A DNA stretch of 64,000 bases from Methanothrix sp. (GCA_963682135.1 OY821645.1:1536001-1600000), one strand, 5' to 3'; shown: positions 1-10,319, counted from the first letter of the stretch. Notes: generated by a model not told the origin, from the sequence alone. Program-made: numbers and translations.

Positions 1-876
1 TTTGGGAACTCCCGGCGTGAGCTGCACCGAGGAGAAAACGAGCTGACCGCCCCGAGCGACCATCATCTGTGTCATCTCGTAGACGAACATCTGCATGAGC
101 TGAAGAATCTCATCGTAGTTCTTGCTCTCAAAGTAGGGGGCGATGAATGTGAGGAAGTTGTAGAAGCCCTGCCCTCCTGCGAAATTGGTCTGGGCGCTTC
201 CCAGGGCTTTTACAGCGTGCAGCATGGCCACTTCCGGCTTCTTGGCTGGACCCGCGACGCTGGCTTTGGTGCCGAGACCATCGGGCATCAGGCCGTAGTA
301 CAAGAAATAGCGCAGATCCCAATCCTGACAGAATGGTCTTGTTCCAAAATATTCCAGGTCGTGTATGTGCAGGTCTCCGGCCAGATGGCGATCGGCGAGA
401 TGGGGCGGCAGCAGCAACAGGTATTGCTCCTTGCTGATCTTGTCAGCCTTCTTCTTGTGGCTGGTCTCGGCATTTTCCTGGAGGTTGGCATTCTCCTTGG
501 ACTCAAAGCCCGTGCCGATATCGATGAGGTGGGCATCGAAGACAGGAGTCCCGACGCGAGTGCAGATGTTGCGCCACTCCGTGTGGTGCCTCTCCAGGAG
601 GACCACATTCATGATCTCGCGCACGAGCGGGCCGCTGAGGTACTGGACGTTCATCCACCGCACCCGGCGCTCTACCTCTTTAGCGATATCCTGGGCCTCT
701 TCCGCGGTTATGCCCGGCTCTTTGTAAAATTGTTCAGATAGCTTCGTCTCCTTGAGCAGCTGCTTGGCTATGGCTTCTCTATCCCAGTCCAGCAGATGGC
801 CGTCTGTGGTCCTAACTCTAGGCATGGCAGAGACAGCCAGGCCTTCCAGGGTCTGCTGCACAATTCTACTGCTCAA
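1..876 (-). CDS. nrdD: Anaerobic (class III) ribonucleoside-triphosphate reductase, N-terminal part (runs off window)
   Basis: Manual translation: ...MPRVRTTDGHLLDWDREAIAKQLLKET... (ATP cone) ...KENANLQENAETSH...HLAGDLHIHDLEYFGTRPFCQDWDLRYF. TTG start at 876 after a purine-rich RBS; in-frame ATG at 825. Not in the ORF track because it is truncated. Confidence 0.9.
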   Translation of the reverse strand, partial: MSSRIVQQTLEGLAVSAMPRVRTTDGHLLDWDREAIAKQLLKETKLSEQFYKEPGITAEEAQDIAKEVERRVRWMNVQYLSGPLVREIMNVVLLERHHTEWRNICTRVGTPVFDAHLIDIGTGFESKENANLQENAETSHKKKADKISKEQYLLLLPPHLADRHLAGDLHIHDLEYFGTRPFCQDWDLRYFLYYGLMPDGLGTKASVAGPAKKPEVAMLHAVKALGSAQTNFAGGQGFYNFLTFIAPYFESKNYDEILQLMQMFVYEMTQMMVARGGQLVFSSVQLTPGVPK

Positions 877-1198
877 AGCCCATCCCCTCTACCATAACGC
901 AACATAACTCATCATCTCGGCAATCAACTTATTACACCAGTATTTCATCATGGGTTTATTCGGGTTTCGCTCCGAACTCTATCAAAATCTTTTAGCAATT
1001 ATGTTCCATCTAATTAATAAAGGACGCGATTGATGATCTGCGTTCCAGGCTATAATTAAGAGATCCGTGTGGGGCGAAAGTGTTTTCGAAGCAGATAGCT
1101 TCCTGGATAAATTGCTCCATGGGAGTGCAAAAGCTGGATTAGTGGGATTCAAAGGTGCGAAAATTTCTACTTCAAAATATGTCTATATAAAAAAGTAA

Positions 1199-1825
1199 TT
1201 ACTTAATTATAGCCTCCAGCCTCTTATTGACCTCTTCCCAGTTCACAATGTTCCAGAAGGCCTCCACGAACTTTGGCCTCTCGTTCTTGTAGTCGAGATA
1301 GTAGGCATGCTCCCAGACATCCAGGACCATGAGGATGCGAAGGTGGGGGTAGACGTTCACATTATGCTTCTCGATCTGCATGATCAGCAGCCTGCCGGTC
1401 ATGCCGCACCTGGCCAGCGCCGCCCAGCCCGAGCCTTCCGCGCTGGCAGCCGCCGCAGAAAACTCCTTCTTGAAGCGCTCGAAGGATCCGAACTCATTCT
1501 TCAGAGCTTCTGCCAGAACTCCGCCCGGCTCCTTGCCGGCCTTTGCCGCCGGTGCCAGATTTCGCCAGAAGAGGTCGTGCAGAACATGCCCACCTACCTG
1601 GAAGGACAGCTCCTTCAGGGTGGCCTTCATGTCCACATCTGCTCCCGCCTGGCGGGCCTTATCCAGCTTCTCCAGTATGGCGTTGGCGGCGTTCACGTAG
1701 GCAGCGTGGTGCTTATCATGATGCAAGCGCAGCTGTGCCTCTGAGATAAATGGCTCAAGCGCATTGTAGGCATAGGGCAGCGGTGGCAAGGAATACATTT
1801 TCTTATCCGACATAGTTGACATCAC
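1199..1825 (-). CDS. sod: Fe/Mn superoxide dismutase
   Basis: [25 protein letters not shown] and DVWEHAYY motifs. Confidence 0.97.
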   Translation of the reverse strand: MMSTMSDKKMYSLPPLPYAYNALEPFISEAQLRLHHDKHHAAYVNAANAILEKLDKARQAGADVDMKATLKELSFQVGGHVLHDLFWRNLAPAAKAGKEPGGVLAEALKNEFGSFERFKKEFSAAAASAEGSGWAALARCGMTGRLLIMQIEKHNVNVYPHLRILMVLDVWEHAYYLDYKNERPKFVEAFWNIVNWEEVNKRLEAIIK

Positions 1826-1932
1826 CTTGAGAATAACGATATGTCAAGGTGGGCTGACTATTTATCTTTTCTTCTACGATGTTTGAGACATACAAAAGAT
1901 TATTAAGGGTTTACGTGATAATTTAGTTCAGG

Positions 1933-4563
1933 ATGTCCATCAATATGAGGTCTGCCTTTGGAGTCTTTTTGGTTTTAATGCTTGTGTTTTTAAATATTGC
2001 TGCATCGTCTGCTGCCCTGGAGAGCACTCCCAAGAATATTCTCATTCTTGCCTCTTATCATCCCGGCATGGCCTGGGAGGACAGCATTATCTCTGAGATT
2101 AGGCTACACTTCGCGATGAACATGCCATCCGCGATTTTTTCTGTGGCATATATGGACACAAAACGGATTGCCGCCGATGATGGACGTTTTGCCGATCTGG
2201 AGGCGCTTTACCAAAATAAGTATAAAGATCAGCCTTTTGACCTCATCATCTCAGTGGATACAGATGCATTCCACTTCCTGCAGAAAAATAGAGATGACCT
2301 CTTTCCTGGGACGCCTGTAGTCTTTTGCGGCGTGGTGTACTTTGACGAGAAGATGCTGAGCGGAAAAAGCGGCTTTACCGGCGTTGTGGAAGCATATGAT
2401 ATCGAAAGCACAATCTCGTTGATGCTCAGTCTTCATCCCCAAACCAAGCACATTGCCATAGTAAAAGATCAGACCGCAACTGGCCAGTCCGCTCGAAAGG
2501 TTCTGGATGAGATCATCCCTCGTTTCGAGAAGAATGTCTCTTTCCAATATCTCGACAACCTCACCGTTGATGAGCTTCGCCAAAGCCTGGCCCTTCTATC
2601 CAATGACAGTCTCATCCTGCTTATGACCCTTAACCGCGACCGATCAGGGCTTTTCCTGACTTACGAGGACGCAGCCCAGTTGATCCTGGAAGCAAGCCCG
2701 GTTCCATTTTACAGCATCTACGATTTCTACCTGGGCTACGGCGTCGTTGGGGGAAAGATGATCCGCGGATATTTCCAGGGCGATGAGGCGGCAGAGATTG
2801 CCCTTCGCATCCTGCGAGGCGAATCCGCTGACAAGATTCCTGTGATGAGGGAGAGCCTCAATCGCTATATGTTTGATAATTTTGTTCTGACTCGTTTCAA
2901 CATATCTCCCGACCGCCTGCCACCGGGCAGCATCATCATCAATCAACCCTTCCAGGCGCGGGCTTATCTTGTGAATGAGAATCTCAGCTACCTGGAATTA
3001 AGCAAAAAAGATCTCAGCCAGTCCGATCTGCAGAAGTCGGATATGATAAGCACAAATCTGAGTCATTCCAATCTCATGCGGTCTAATCTATCCAATGCCC
3101 GGTTGGTGGAGGGCAACCTCAGCTATGCCAATTTGGAGGAGGCTGACCTGCATGGCTCCAACTTATCTCTGGCCGAGATCAGAGGTGCCAACCTCGTAGG
3201 GGCCAATATGATTGGATCAAATCTGGGCGGTGCTGACATGGGCGGGTCCAATCTCGATCAAGCTCGCATCAGTGGATCGATTCTCAGGGGAGCAAACCTC
3301 AGTGGCTGCCGATTGGAGGCCACAAACCTTAGCCTATCCGAGATGAGCGGTGCGCAATTCGTGGGCGCCTTCATGAATCGCGTCCGGCTCCGTGGTGCGA
3401 AACTGGTAGGTTCGAATCTTACAAGATCAAGTCTGGTCGGAGCCAATATCATTGATGCCGATTTATCCCATGCATACCTGGATGGTTCTGATATCTCCGA
3501 GTCTCGCATGGCAGGCGCGAATTTATCCGGTGCCAGGCTAAATAATATAAGGTCGATTTTCACCAATTTGACCCACTCAAATCTCAGCGGAGCAGACCTA
3601 TCCGGTTCGAGCTTCCTGGCATCAGGTCTATCGAGTTCCGACATATCCGATGCGAATTTATCGGGGTGCAATCTTGAAAACGCCTGGATCTACCAGTCTA
3701 ACCTTGTCGGGGCCAGGCTGAAAGGCGCAAGGCTCGCGGGATCTCAAATGAACGACTCCGATCTTTCCGGCTGCGATCTGAGTGAATCGGACCTGACGGG
3801 CGCTTATCTCAATAGTGCTAATCTCACCAAAGCCGATTTGAGCCAGGCAAGGCTCATCGGAGCAGATTTCACACTTGCTAAACTAAAGAATGCCTCTCTG
3901 AGCAAGACGAGCTTTCTTGGAGCAAAACTCAATTGGGTAGATATGAGTGAGAGTCGGCTGCAAAGCTGCCAATTTGCGAGGGCAGAGCTGTTTGGTGCCG
4001 ATCTCAGTCGATCAGACCTGAGCGGATCTGACTTTACCAGAGCATATCTCACCAGAGCCAATCTATCTGGCTGTATATTTGGCAAATGCATACTGGATTA
4101 TGCAGATATGTCCTACGCAAATTTGTCGGGGGCAGATCTCAGAGGTATTCATTTCTTGAATAATCAAATGAACTATGCAGACTTTTCGGGTGCCGATCTT
4201 AGGAATGCTACATTTTACGCTCTAAATGCAGAAGGTTTGATCTTCCATAAAGCAGTGCTCAGTTCGGCCATAATGGATGGAATGCTCCTGAGCGAGGTGG
4301 ATTTCAGCAAGGCAGACTTGAGGGATATTACAATCAGCAAGGCTACCCTGGAGAACATCAACCTATCCGGCTCAGATATGCGAGGGGCTAACCTAACAAC
4401 CGTATATCTAGTAGGCGTCGATCTGAGTGGTGCCAATATGCAAGGAATCAAGTACGATAAGATAACGCTTCCATTCATTGCAGCATCCAATCTGAGCGGC
4501 ACGAAAATGAGCCTGAACATGCAAAAAGATATTGAAGAACTGTCATTGGAAAGAGGCTTGTGA
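1933..4563 (+). CDS. Secreted protein: ABC-substrate-binding-like sensor domain fused to a ~520-aa pentapeptide-repeat region
   Basis: Signal peptide. Residues ~30-340 resemble the extracellular domain of many sensor kinases (ILILASYH...W...YMDTKR...PVVFCGV...TGVVE...GVVGG...LPPGSIIIN). Residues ~345-865 are A(N/D)LSG-type pentads. Confidence 0.85.
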   Translation: MSINMRSAFGVFLVLMLVFLNIAASSAALESTPKNILILASYHPGMAWEDSIISEIRLHFAMNMPSAIFSVAYMDTKRIAADDGRFADLEALYQNKYKDQPFDLIISVDTDAFHFLQKNRDDLFPGTPVVFCGVVYFDEKMLSGKSGFTGVVEAYDIESTISLMLSLHPQTKHIAIVKDQTATGQSARKVLDEIIPRFEKNVSFQYLDNLTVDELRQSLALLSNDSLILLMTLNRDRSGLFLTYEDAAQLILEASPVPFYSIYDFYLGYGVVGGKMIRGYFQGDEAAEIALRILRGESADKIPVMRESLNRYMFDNFVLTRFNISPDRLPPGSIIINQPFQARAYLVNENLSYLELSKKDLSQSDLQKSDMISTNLSHSNLMRSNLSNARLVEGNLSYANLEEADLHGSNLSLAEIRGANLVGANMIGSNLGGADMGGSNLDQARISGSILRGANLSGCRLEATNLSLSEMSGAQFVGAFMNRVRLRGAKLVGSNLTRSSLVGANIIDADLSHAYLDGSDISESRMAGANLSGARLNNIRSIFTNLTHSNLSGADLSGSSFLASGLSSSDISDANLSGCNLENAWIYQSNLVGARLKGARLAGSQMNDSDLSGCDLSESDLTGAYLNSANLTKADLSQARLIGADFTLAKLKNASLSKTSFLGAKLNWVDMSESRLQSCQFARAELFGADLSRSDLSGSDFTRAYLTRANLSGCIFGKCILDYADMSYANLSGADLRGIHFLNNQMNYADFSGADLRNATFYALNAEGLIFHKAVLSSAIMDGMLLSEVDFSKADLRDITISKATLENINLSGSDMRGANLTTVYLVGVDLSGANMQGIKYDKITLPFIAASNLSGTKMSLNMQKDIEELSLERGL

Positions 4564-4587
4564 ATATTCTGGTTCAGAGGTGATATC

Positions 4588-4875
4588 ATGTTTTTTGTTG
4601 GCGCCATCCGTCTCATGTCCATTCTGTTCCTTGGGATGATTGCATCAATGGCCCTTGTATGCAGCGCCGCTACTGATTATCAGGGCCTTTTGGACCTGTC
4701 CAGTGCTAACGAAGATGTGCGAATTAATGCACAGGATCTGGCCTTCTTGCTTGTCACCCACAATTTTGATGCCACGCCAAGAGGCGACCATGTTGATGTC
4801 AAGATCAATGGCTCTATTTACAGGATGACGCCCAATGCCGACAAGGCCGGTCTGGCCGACATAGAGCTTGTATAA
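4588..4875 (+). CDS. Small secreted hypothetical protein
   Basis: Hydrophobic signal peptide, GAGGTGA RBS, co-oriented directly after the pentapeptide gene. Confidence 0.65.
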   Translation: MFFVGAIRLMSILFLGMIASMALVCSAATDYQGLLDLSSANEDVRINAQDLAFLLVTHNFDATPRGDHVDVKINGSIYRMTPNADKAGLADIELV

Positions 4876-4951
4876 TTGGGCCGCTCTTTCTGACATGCGG
4901 CCCCGTCTGGCGGTGCCAAGGATTGCCGGGAAATACATCTTAATTATCTTT

Positions 4952-5797
4952 TTATGTTTTTGCCAGGCTATCTTTGATCGGCAACTGTATCTCAGTCAAA
5001 AGCTCCTCTGGGGCTGTCTTGCAGGGATCGCTCAGATAGAGCTCTCTGCCCGGTCCGGCAAACTCCATCCCATTTTTTATCATATGCTCATAGATATCCT
5101 TGTAGGTCAGGATGAGAGTGTCATAGCTTCCTTTGTGCACGACCGCCAGGACCCGGGCAGGAGGAAGATTCTTGACTTCCATACCCTCGTCTACTTCTAT
5201 CCTTCCGGTTATGGGTATGGCCACCTCTATATCGGCATCCTTTTCCTTATATTCCAGGTCGTGGTAAATCGCCATGCAAGGCCCGCTCATCTTCACGAGA
5301 TTTTTCTGGTTAACCGGACGGAAAAGCATTTCGCACAGCTCTCCAATGAAGCGACCGATGGTTTCGCCATAGCTTCCTTTATCTCTCTTGCTTACCACCC
5401 GCAGGGCGGGCACATCTTTGATAACCGGCTCACTTAATGCCATCTTTATCAGCTCCTTATCGCTCTGTTTGAGCAGGGCCTCGATCCTTTGCAGCCTGGC
5501 GATTTCGCCCCGGGTCCGGCTGAGATGTTTTTCTCTCAGCGCCTGCAAGGCATCCCTATCACCTTTCGCCTCAGCGTCGAGGTAGCTGGCTATCTCTTCC
5601 AGGGATATGCCCAAAGAGCATAATGTCTTTACTCGGACACCCCTCTCCAACTGGTCTGCTGTGTAGTAGCGGTAGCCGGTTAATGTGTCTTTAGCTGCCG
5701 GTACCAGCAGCCCCAACCGGTCGTAGTAGCGCAGGGCCTTGGGAGTGATTCTTGTAATAATTGAGAACCTGGTGATGGGAATCTGATCGACGGTCAT
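4952..5797 (-). CDS. MerR-family regulator with C-terminal GyrI-like effector domain
   Basis: KALRYYDRLGLLVPA...TGYRYY (MerR HTH); HKGSY...GPGRELYL..P....LLTEIQLP (GyrI-like). Confidence 0.92.
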   Translation of the reverse strand: MTVDQIPITRFSIITRITPKALRYYDRLGLLVPAAKDTLTGYRYYTADQLERGVRVKTLCSLGISLEEIASYLDAEAKGDRDALQALREKHLSRTRGEIARLQRIEALLKQSDKELIKMALSEPVIKDVPALRVVSKRDKGSYGETIGRFIGELCEMLFRPVNQKNLVKMSGPCMAIYHDLEYKEKDADIEVAIPITGRIEVDEGMEVKNLPPARVLAVVHKGSYDTLILTYKDIYEHMIKNGMEFAGPGRELYLSDPCKTAPEELLTEIQLPIKDSLAKT

Positions 5798-5914
5798 GGC
5801 TCACATTCAAGGAGATCGTTCTCATTTGTAAGGGCATGCAGTCTAACGCGGGGAAAGGTTTGGAGGAGATATCGGATAAGTCCTTGACGATGTTGCGCGC
5901 AGGATTGCCTTTGT

Positions 5915-6090
5915 AGTGATTTTGTTTGTACCCGCTGCGGTTCCTCAGCCGATGCAGACTACAACGCGGCTCTGAATATCAGAGCAAGGGTAGAAGCCAA
6001 CCTGCCCATCGTAGCGCGAATTTTTGCGCAGCTACAAGCCCCCAATATCGGCGGTGCTCATGCCCGCCAATTCATTGGTGGGTAGTTGAC
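5915..6090 (+). mobile_element. tnpB: IS200/IS605-family remnant: TnpB C-terminus plus right end (omegaRNA scaffold region)
   Basis: The frame from 5921 reads FVCTRCGSSADADYNAALNI...QFIGG* (TnpB Zn-ribbon and RuvC-III DxNAAxNI). It is followed by hairpins and ends in GGGTAGTTGAC at 6090. No upstream TnpB body is present. Confidence 0.85.
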
Positions 6091-6470
6091 CAGAGGACAA
6101 GGTAGACTGTGTCTCCTTCCCTCTTGCCTTTGAGAAGCTGGCAGTGGCGAAGGATGGCGAACTGGTTCTCCAGCTCCGGGGCAGGCAACTTAAAGTTCTC
6201 CATCAGCTCCGCTCTGGTGGCCTTGCCCTTCTCCCGGATGTACTCGTAGATCTCCTTTTGCAAATCCGTGAGTCCATCCGTTCCTTCCAGGCCGTGGCTC
6301 GTTCTGAATATCTTCTTTGACCTCTCTCCCCAGGGATCGCAGACGCGAATTCGGTGACCGACATCGATGTAGCAGTCTTCGCATAGGGTCTTGCCTTCCG
6401 TGGTGAAGACCTCATCCTCTGATATCGTCTTGCCACAATTTTGACACTTTATGCCTTCCAGCATCTTCAT
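6072..6470 (-). CDS. Hypothetical protein with N-terminal Cys Zn-finger and C-terminal winged-helix-like region
   Basis: CQNC...CEDC; LTDLQKEIYEYIREKGKATRAEL...QFAILRHC. The last codons lie inside the IS right end. Confidence 0.75.
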   Translation of the reverse strand: MKMLEGIKCQNCGKTISEDEVFTTEGKTLCEDCYIDVGHRIRVCDPWGERSKKIFRTSHGLEGTDGLTDLQKEIYEYIREKGKATRAELMENFKLPAPELENQFAILRHCQLLKGKREGDTVYLVLWSTTHQ

Positions 6471-6501
6471 CTACCTCTTTACCGTCCGAAATTTATCATT
6501 C

Positions 6502-6804
6502 CTAATCATCCAGCAGGGCTGCAGCCGCGTTGAAACCCGAGCCCATGCGCACTAAACCGGCAACTGCCGCTGCCTCCAGTATCTCTTCCCGGCAGGCTCC
6601 TAGCTTTCGGGCCGTTTCCTTGTGCCTCTGAATACAGCGCTCGCATCTGACTGCAACAGAGCAGGCCAGGGCAATTAAGGCCTTGTCCTTTGCGGTGAGT
6701 GCTCCATCCTTCAGTATCAAGGAGACGAGATTCTTGAAAGCAGAGTCCACTTCTTCGCCTACGGCCTGTGTGAACTCTTCTGTCGTTCTTTTTTGTTCAG
6801 CCAT
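6502..6804 (-). CDS. Carboxymuconolactone decarboxylase/AhpD-family protein
   Basis: [28 protein letters not shown] (CxxC-H). Confidence 0.9.
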   Translation of the reverse strand: MAEQKRTTEEFTQAVGEEVDSAFKNLVSLILKDGALTAKDKALIALACSVAVRCERCIQRHKETARKLGACREEILEAAAVAGLVRMGSGFNAAAALLDD

Positions 6805-6846
6805 TCATGAAAACCTTCTAATAGATAGAAGCTATTACGGAAAATT

Positions 6847-7554
6847 ATGAGGGCATGCTTAATATTAATACTAATCCCAATTCTGGTCCTGGGGTATGCA
6901 GATGCCACCAAGATAACAGTGGGGCCGAAGGATGCGGATTATTCGCATATTCAGCAGGCAATTGACAATTCCAGCCAGGGGGATATCATTGAGGTGCAGA
7001 GTGGACTTTATCGCGAGAACGTTTATGTCTATAAGACTCTCACCCTACAGGGCATCGATGCAGGCAGTGGTCTTCCAGTTGTGGATGCTGGTGGGTCGGG
7101 AAGCGTCATCAGCATAACATCCAACGATACGACTATTAGGGGTTTTAACATAACCGGTTCGGGCGGTTGCGGTTGCGGCAATGCCGGAATAAAGGTTCAA
7201 TCCAGTAATAATATTGTGCAAGGCAATATCATTCATAAGAATAAATATGGGATTTATGTCCAATCAGGCTGTGTAAACAACACCTTCCTTTCCAACGACC
7301 TGCTGGAGAATGAGATATCTGTAAGCGATAGTGGCACCAACAATCGATGGAATGGGAGCGCGCCAAATGCTGGATTGCAGAGCCTCCTGGCGATGATAAG
7401 CGGTTCGCAGATTGTAGGAAACCATTACAGCGATTACGATGAAGCGTCGGAGGGCTGTAATGATACCAATCAGGACAAAATCTGCGACCAGCCGAGGATG
7501 ATTGGAAGCGGTCCCGGCAAGGATGACTATCCCTCCGTCTCCTCCGAGAATTGA
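6847..7554 (+). CDS. Secreted NosD/CASH beta-helix surface protein
   Basis: Signal peptide, YSHIQQAID...GLYRENV, NN-rich parallel beta-helix repeats, GNHYSDY..GCNDTNQDKICD. Confidence 0.85.
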   Translation: MRACLILILIPILVLGYADATKITVGPKDADYSHIQQAIDNSSQGDIIEVQSGLYRENVYVYKTLTLQGIDAGSGLPVVDAGGSGSVISITSNDTTIRGFNITGSGGCGCGNAGIKVQSSNNIVQGNIIHKNKYGIYVQSGCVNNTFLSNDLLENEISVSDSGTNNRWNGSAPNAGLQSLLAMISGSQIVGNHYSDYDEASEGCNDTNQDKICDQPRMIGSGPGKDDYPSVSSEN

Positions 7555-8066
7555 TGCCAGAAGGATGGATGAAAATGGACTTTACCACCGCCCCCGTCTC
7601 GAAAGAGGATGGAGTAGCCGTAATTGACATTTTCAACTATTACGTGGAGAATAGCTTTGCCGCTTATCCGGAGGATCCGGTTGCTTACCAGTTCTTTGAT
7701 CTCTTCCTGAATATGTCTGCAGGCTATCCTTTCCTGGTGGCCAAAGACGGCGAAGGAAATGTGCTGGGCTTTGCATTGCTCCGCCCGCATAGCCCCATGC
7801 CCGTCTTTTCCAGGGCGGCAGAGATAACCTGCTTCATCTCCCCCCAGCACATAGGAAAGGGGATAGGAAAAGCAATGCAAGAGCGACTCGTGCATGAGGC
7901 CAGGGAGAAGGGCATGACAACCATTCTGGCAGGCATCTCCTCCCTCAACTCGGCAAGCCTTGCCTTTCACAAGAAGCGCGGCTTTCAGGAGTGTGGACGC
8001 TTCCAGAAGATCGGCCGAAAATGGGGCCAGGATTTCGATGTGGTCTGGATGCAGAAGATGATCTGA
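7551..8066 (+). CDS. GNAT acetyltransferase (YncA/phosphinothricin type)
   Basis: IFNYYVENSFAAY, GKGIG, NSASLAFHKKRGF..GRK.G..FDVVWMQK. Confidence 0.9.
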   Translation: MMPEGWMKMDFTTAPVSKEDGVAVIDIFNYYVENSFAAYPEDPVAYQFFDLFLNMSAGYPFLVAKDGEGNVLGFALLRPHSPMPVFSRAAEITCFISPQHIGKGIGKAMQERLVHEAREKGMTTILAGISSLNSASLAFHKKRGFQECGRFQKIGRKWGQDFDVVWMQKMI

Positions 8067-8144
8067 AACTTGGATGATGATGAATCTAAAGAATCATCCT
8101 CTCTGCGTTGTTTTTATATCCTCTTGATGCTCTTTGCTAATAGA

Positions 8145-8792
8145 ATGCTCGATTTGACTGATTGCAGTCCAGGCAAGTGGTCATCCGTCCACTCTTCCAT
8201 CGAATTTTCCGGCGTGCTGACCCCGGAGGACTCGGCAAGAAAAAGCGGGTTCTGCCGAAAGCTGTGCCGCCTCTTCGACCGGCTGCAAGAGGGTTTCGAT
8301 CGCCTGGGGGCGGCGGAGAAGGCGAGATGCGGCATGGATGGTGTGGCAGCAGAAGTCTTTTTGCAGATCGATCTGGAAAATAGGAAAATCGTGCTGGATA
8401 AGCTCTTTAAATACTGTGAGATGGATTTTCATCTATTCACAGAGCTTCTGGAGATACTGCAGCTCTATTTTCCCAATTGCGATCTGGTAGTCCCCTCTCT
8501 GCAGGGATATGAGCTGGCCAGGGAGATCCGCCAATTTCTCGGTGTGCCCGAGGTGGAGTGTGTCTTCCTGAAAGGGGATAGCGAGGAGCGGCTGCTCATG
8601 GGCGAGGCTCTTCTGGGGCTGAGCTTCGATGACATCCTGAAGGATACGCAGAGGCACTACGAGGAGCGGGGTGGTGTGGAGAAGAAGAGTCAGATACTGG
8701 GGCAGGGCAGAGAGCTTCCCATGTACTGGCAGGGGATGGAAGGGGAGGAATCAGTCTTGTGGATACAGGTGAGAATTGAATTGTCGAGATAA
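8145..8792 (+). CDS. Hypothetical protein
   Basis: Long ORF with host-like codon usage; in-frame ATG at 8145 preferred; no motif recognised. Confidence 0.6.
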   Translation: MLDLTDCSPGKWSSVHSSIEFSGVLTPEDSARKSGFCRKLCRLFDRLQEGFDRLGAAEKARCGMDGVAAEVFLQIDLENRKIVLDKLFKYCEMDFHLFTELLEILQLYFPNCDLVVPSLQGYELAREIRQFLGVPEVECVFLKGDSEERLLMGEALLGLSFDDILKDTQRHYEERGGVEKKSQILGQGRELPMYWQGMEGEESVLWIQVRIELSR

Positions 8793-8892
8793 GTTGTTTG
8801 ACATTCTCGCTCACATCTCAAAATAGGACTACAGGCTCTTTGGAGATGAGAAAGGCTAAATGCAATAAGATAGTTCTAGAAGAAGATCCGAG

Positions 8893-9651
8893 ATGGAAGA
8901 ACAAGAGATGGGGGAGCTATTCTGGGAGATCCACAGCGGCAATCCAAGAGAAGGCCCCGGAGAGTTTCAATCCACAAAAAGGGCCTTTGATATGCTAAAA
9001 GATTTGCCATCCCATCCCTGGATACTGGACATTGGTTGTGGACCAGGCACACAGACTATAGATCTGAGCCTTTTAACCGATGGAACTATCATGGCAATCG
9101 ACAACCATCCACAATTTTTGGAGGATTTGGGCAAAAAAATCAGGCTAAGCGGGCTAATTGATAGGATAACCCCCCTTATCGGGGATATGTGCGATCTGCA
9201 TTTTGAAGAAGGCACCTTTGATATTATCTGGGCGGAAGGTTCCATTTACATCATAGGCTTTGAAAAAGGGTTTCTGCAATGGCGCACATTTCTGAAGGAC
9301 AGAGGATATCTTGTCGCCTCGGAGCTAACCTGGCTTCGAGCCGATGCTCCTGAAGAGATCAAGGGATACTTTATAAAGGAATATCCTGGCATGCAGGATA
9401 TCGAAGGTAATCTGAGGATTATTCAAGGGGCGGGCTATCGCCACATCGGTCACTTCGTCATTCCAAAGTCGGCTTGGTGGTGCTACTATTCTCCATTGGA
9501 AGAGAAAATCTCTCAACTGAGACAGAAGTACGAAGGTCTTCCGGGTGCTCTTGCAGTATTGGAGGATCATCAGAGAGAGATCGACATTTTCAGGCAGTAT
9601 TCTGAATACTATGGTTTTGTATTCTATGTGGCTCAGCTCGATTCAGGTTAA
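8893..9651 (+). CDS. Class I SAM-dependent methyltransferase
   Basis: ILDIGCGPG, FDIIWAEGSIY motifs. Confidence 0.92.
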   Translation: MEEQEMGELFWEIHSGNPREGPGEFQSTKRAFDMLKDLPSHPWILDIGCGPGTQTIDLSLLTDGTIMAIDNHPQFLEDLGKKIRLSGLIDRITPLIGDMCDLHFEEGTFDIIWAEGSIYIIGFEKGFLQWRTFLKDRGYLVASELTWLRADAPEEIKGYFIKEYPGMQDIEGNLRIIQGAGYRHIGHFVIPKSAWWCYYSPLEEKISQLRQKYEGLPGALAVLEDHQREIDIFRQYSEYYGFVFYVAQLDSG

Positions 9652-9778
9652 TGGATGATAATAATAGAATGAAACAGATAAACGCCTGATGGTGACGCAA
9701 ACACGTACTGGCAATACAACAGTGTTTCGTTATCTTCGTTATCATTGGGTGAAACAGGCAATTTAACGGGGTGAGAGC

Positions 9779-10303
9779 GTGATTTTCATTCGAGAAGAGG
9801 GACCTAAGGACATCGAAGAAATCAGGAAGCTAAACGAAAAAACTTTCATGCAGGCCTTCGGCCAAGCCTCAGAGGCAAATGTGATCGATAGTCTGCGTGA
9901 GAACTGCACAAACATCCTTTCTTTAGTGGCGGTTAAAGATGATCAAGTCGTAGGTCATATCCTTTTTAGTCCGGTCAAGGTTGACGGTGATAAGGTAATA
10001 GAGGGCACGGGGCTGGGCCCCATGGCTGTCCAGCCCGAGCTTCAGCGTCAGGGGATCGGCACCCAACTAGTCCAGGCAGGCATAGAGATACTCAAGCGTC
10101 GAGGAGATCCCTTCATTATCGTGCTCGGGCATCCAGAATATTATCCTTGCTTCGGCTTTGTGCGCGCCTCTGTGCACGGCATTCGCAGCCAGTGGGAAGG
10201 AGTTCCCGATGAGGCCTTCATGATCCTGATTTTGAATGATGAGGCCATGTTCGGTGCGTGTGGCGTTGCCAGATACAGAAACGAGTTCGATGAAGCCATG
10301 TAG
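9779..10303 (+). CDS. GNAT N-acetyltransferase (YhbS-like)
   Basis: VVGHILFSP, LGPMAVQPELQRQGIG, VLGHPEYY..FGF. Confidence 0.92.
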   Translation: MIFIREEGPKDIEEIRKLNEKTFMQAFGQASEANVIDSLRENCTNILSLVAVKDDQVVGHILFSPVKVDGDKVIEGTGLGPMAVQPELQRQGIGTQLVQAGIEILKRRGDPFIIVLGHPEYYPCFGFVRASVHGIRSQWEGVPDEAFMILILNDEAMFGACGVARYRNEFDEAM

Positions 10304-10319
10304 TGGAAAGGCAGGGTGA

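Noticed and set aside
217-741. Long ORF-track entries antisense to real genes (e.g. 217-741, 4868-5437, 12269-12832, 49276-50088, 60972-61505)
   Set aside because: Shadow ORFs of well-supported genes in GC-rich DNA, with no recognisable motifs.
5836-5862. Possible MerR operator dyad upstream of the MerR-GyrI gene
   Set aside because: The symmetry is too weak to support a call.
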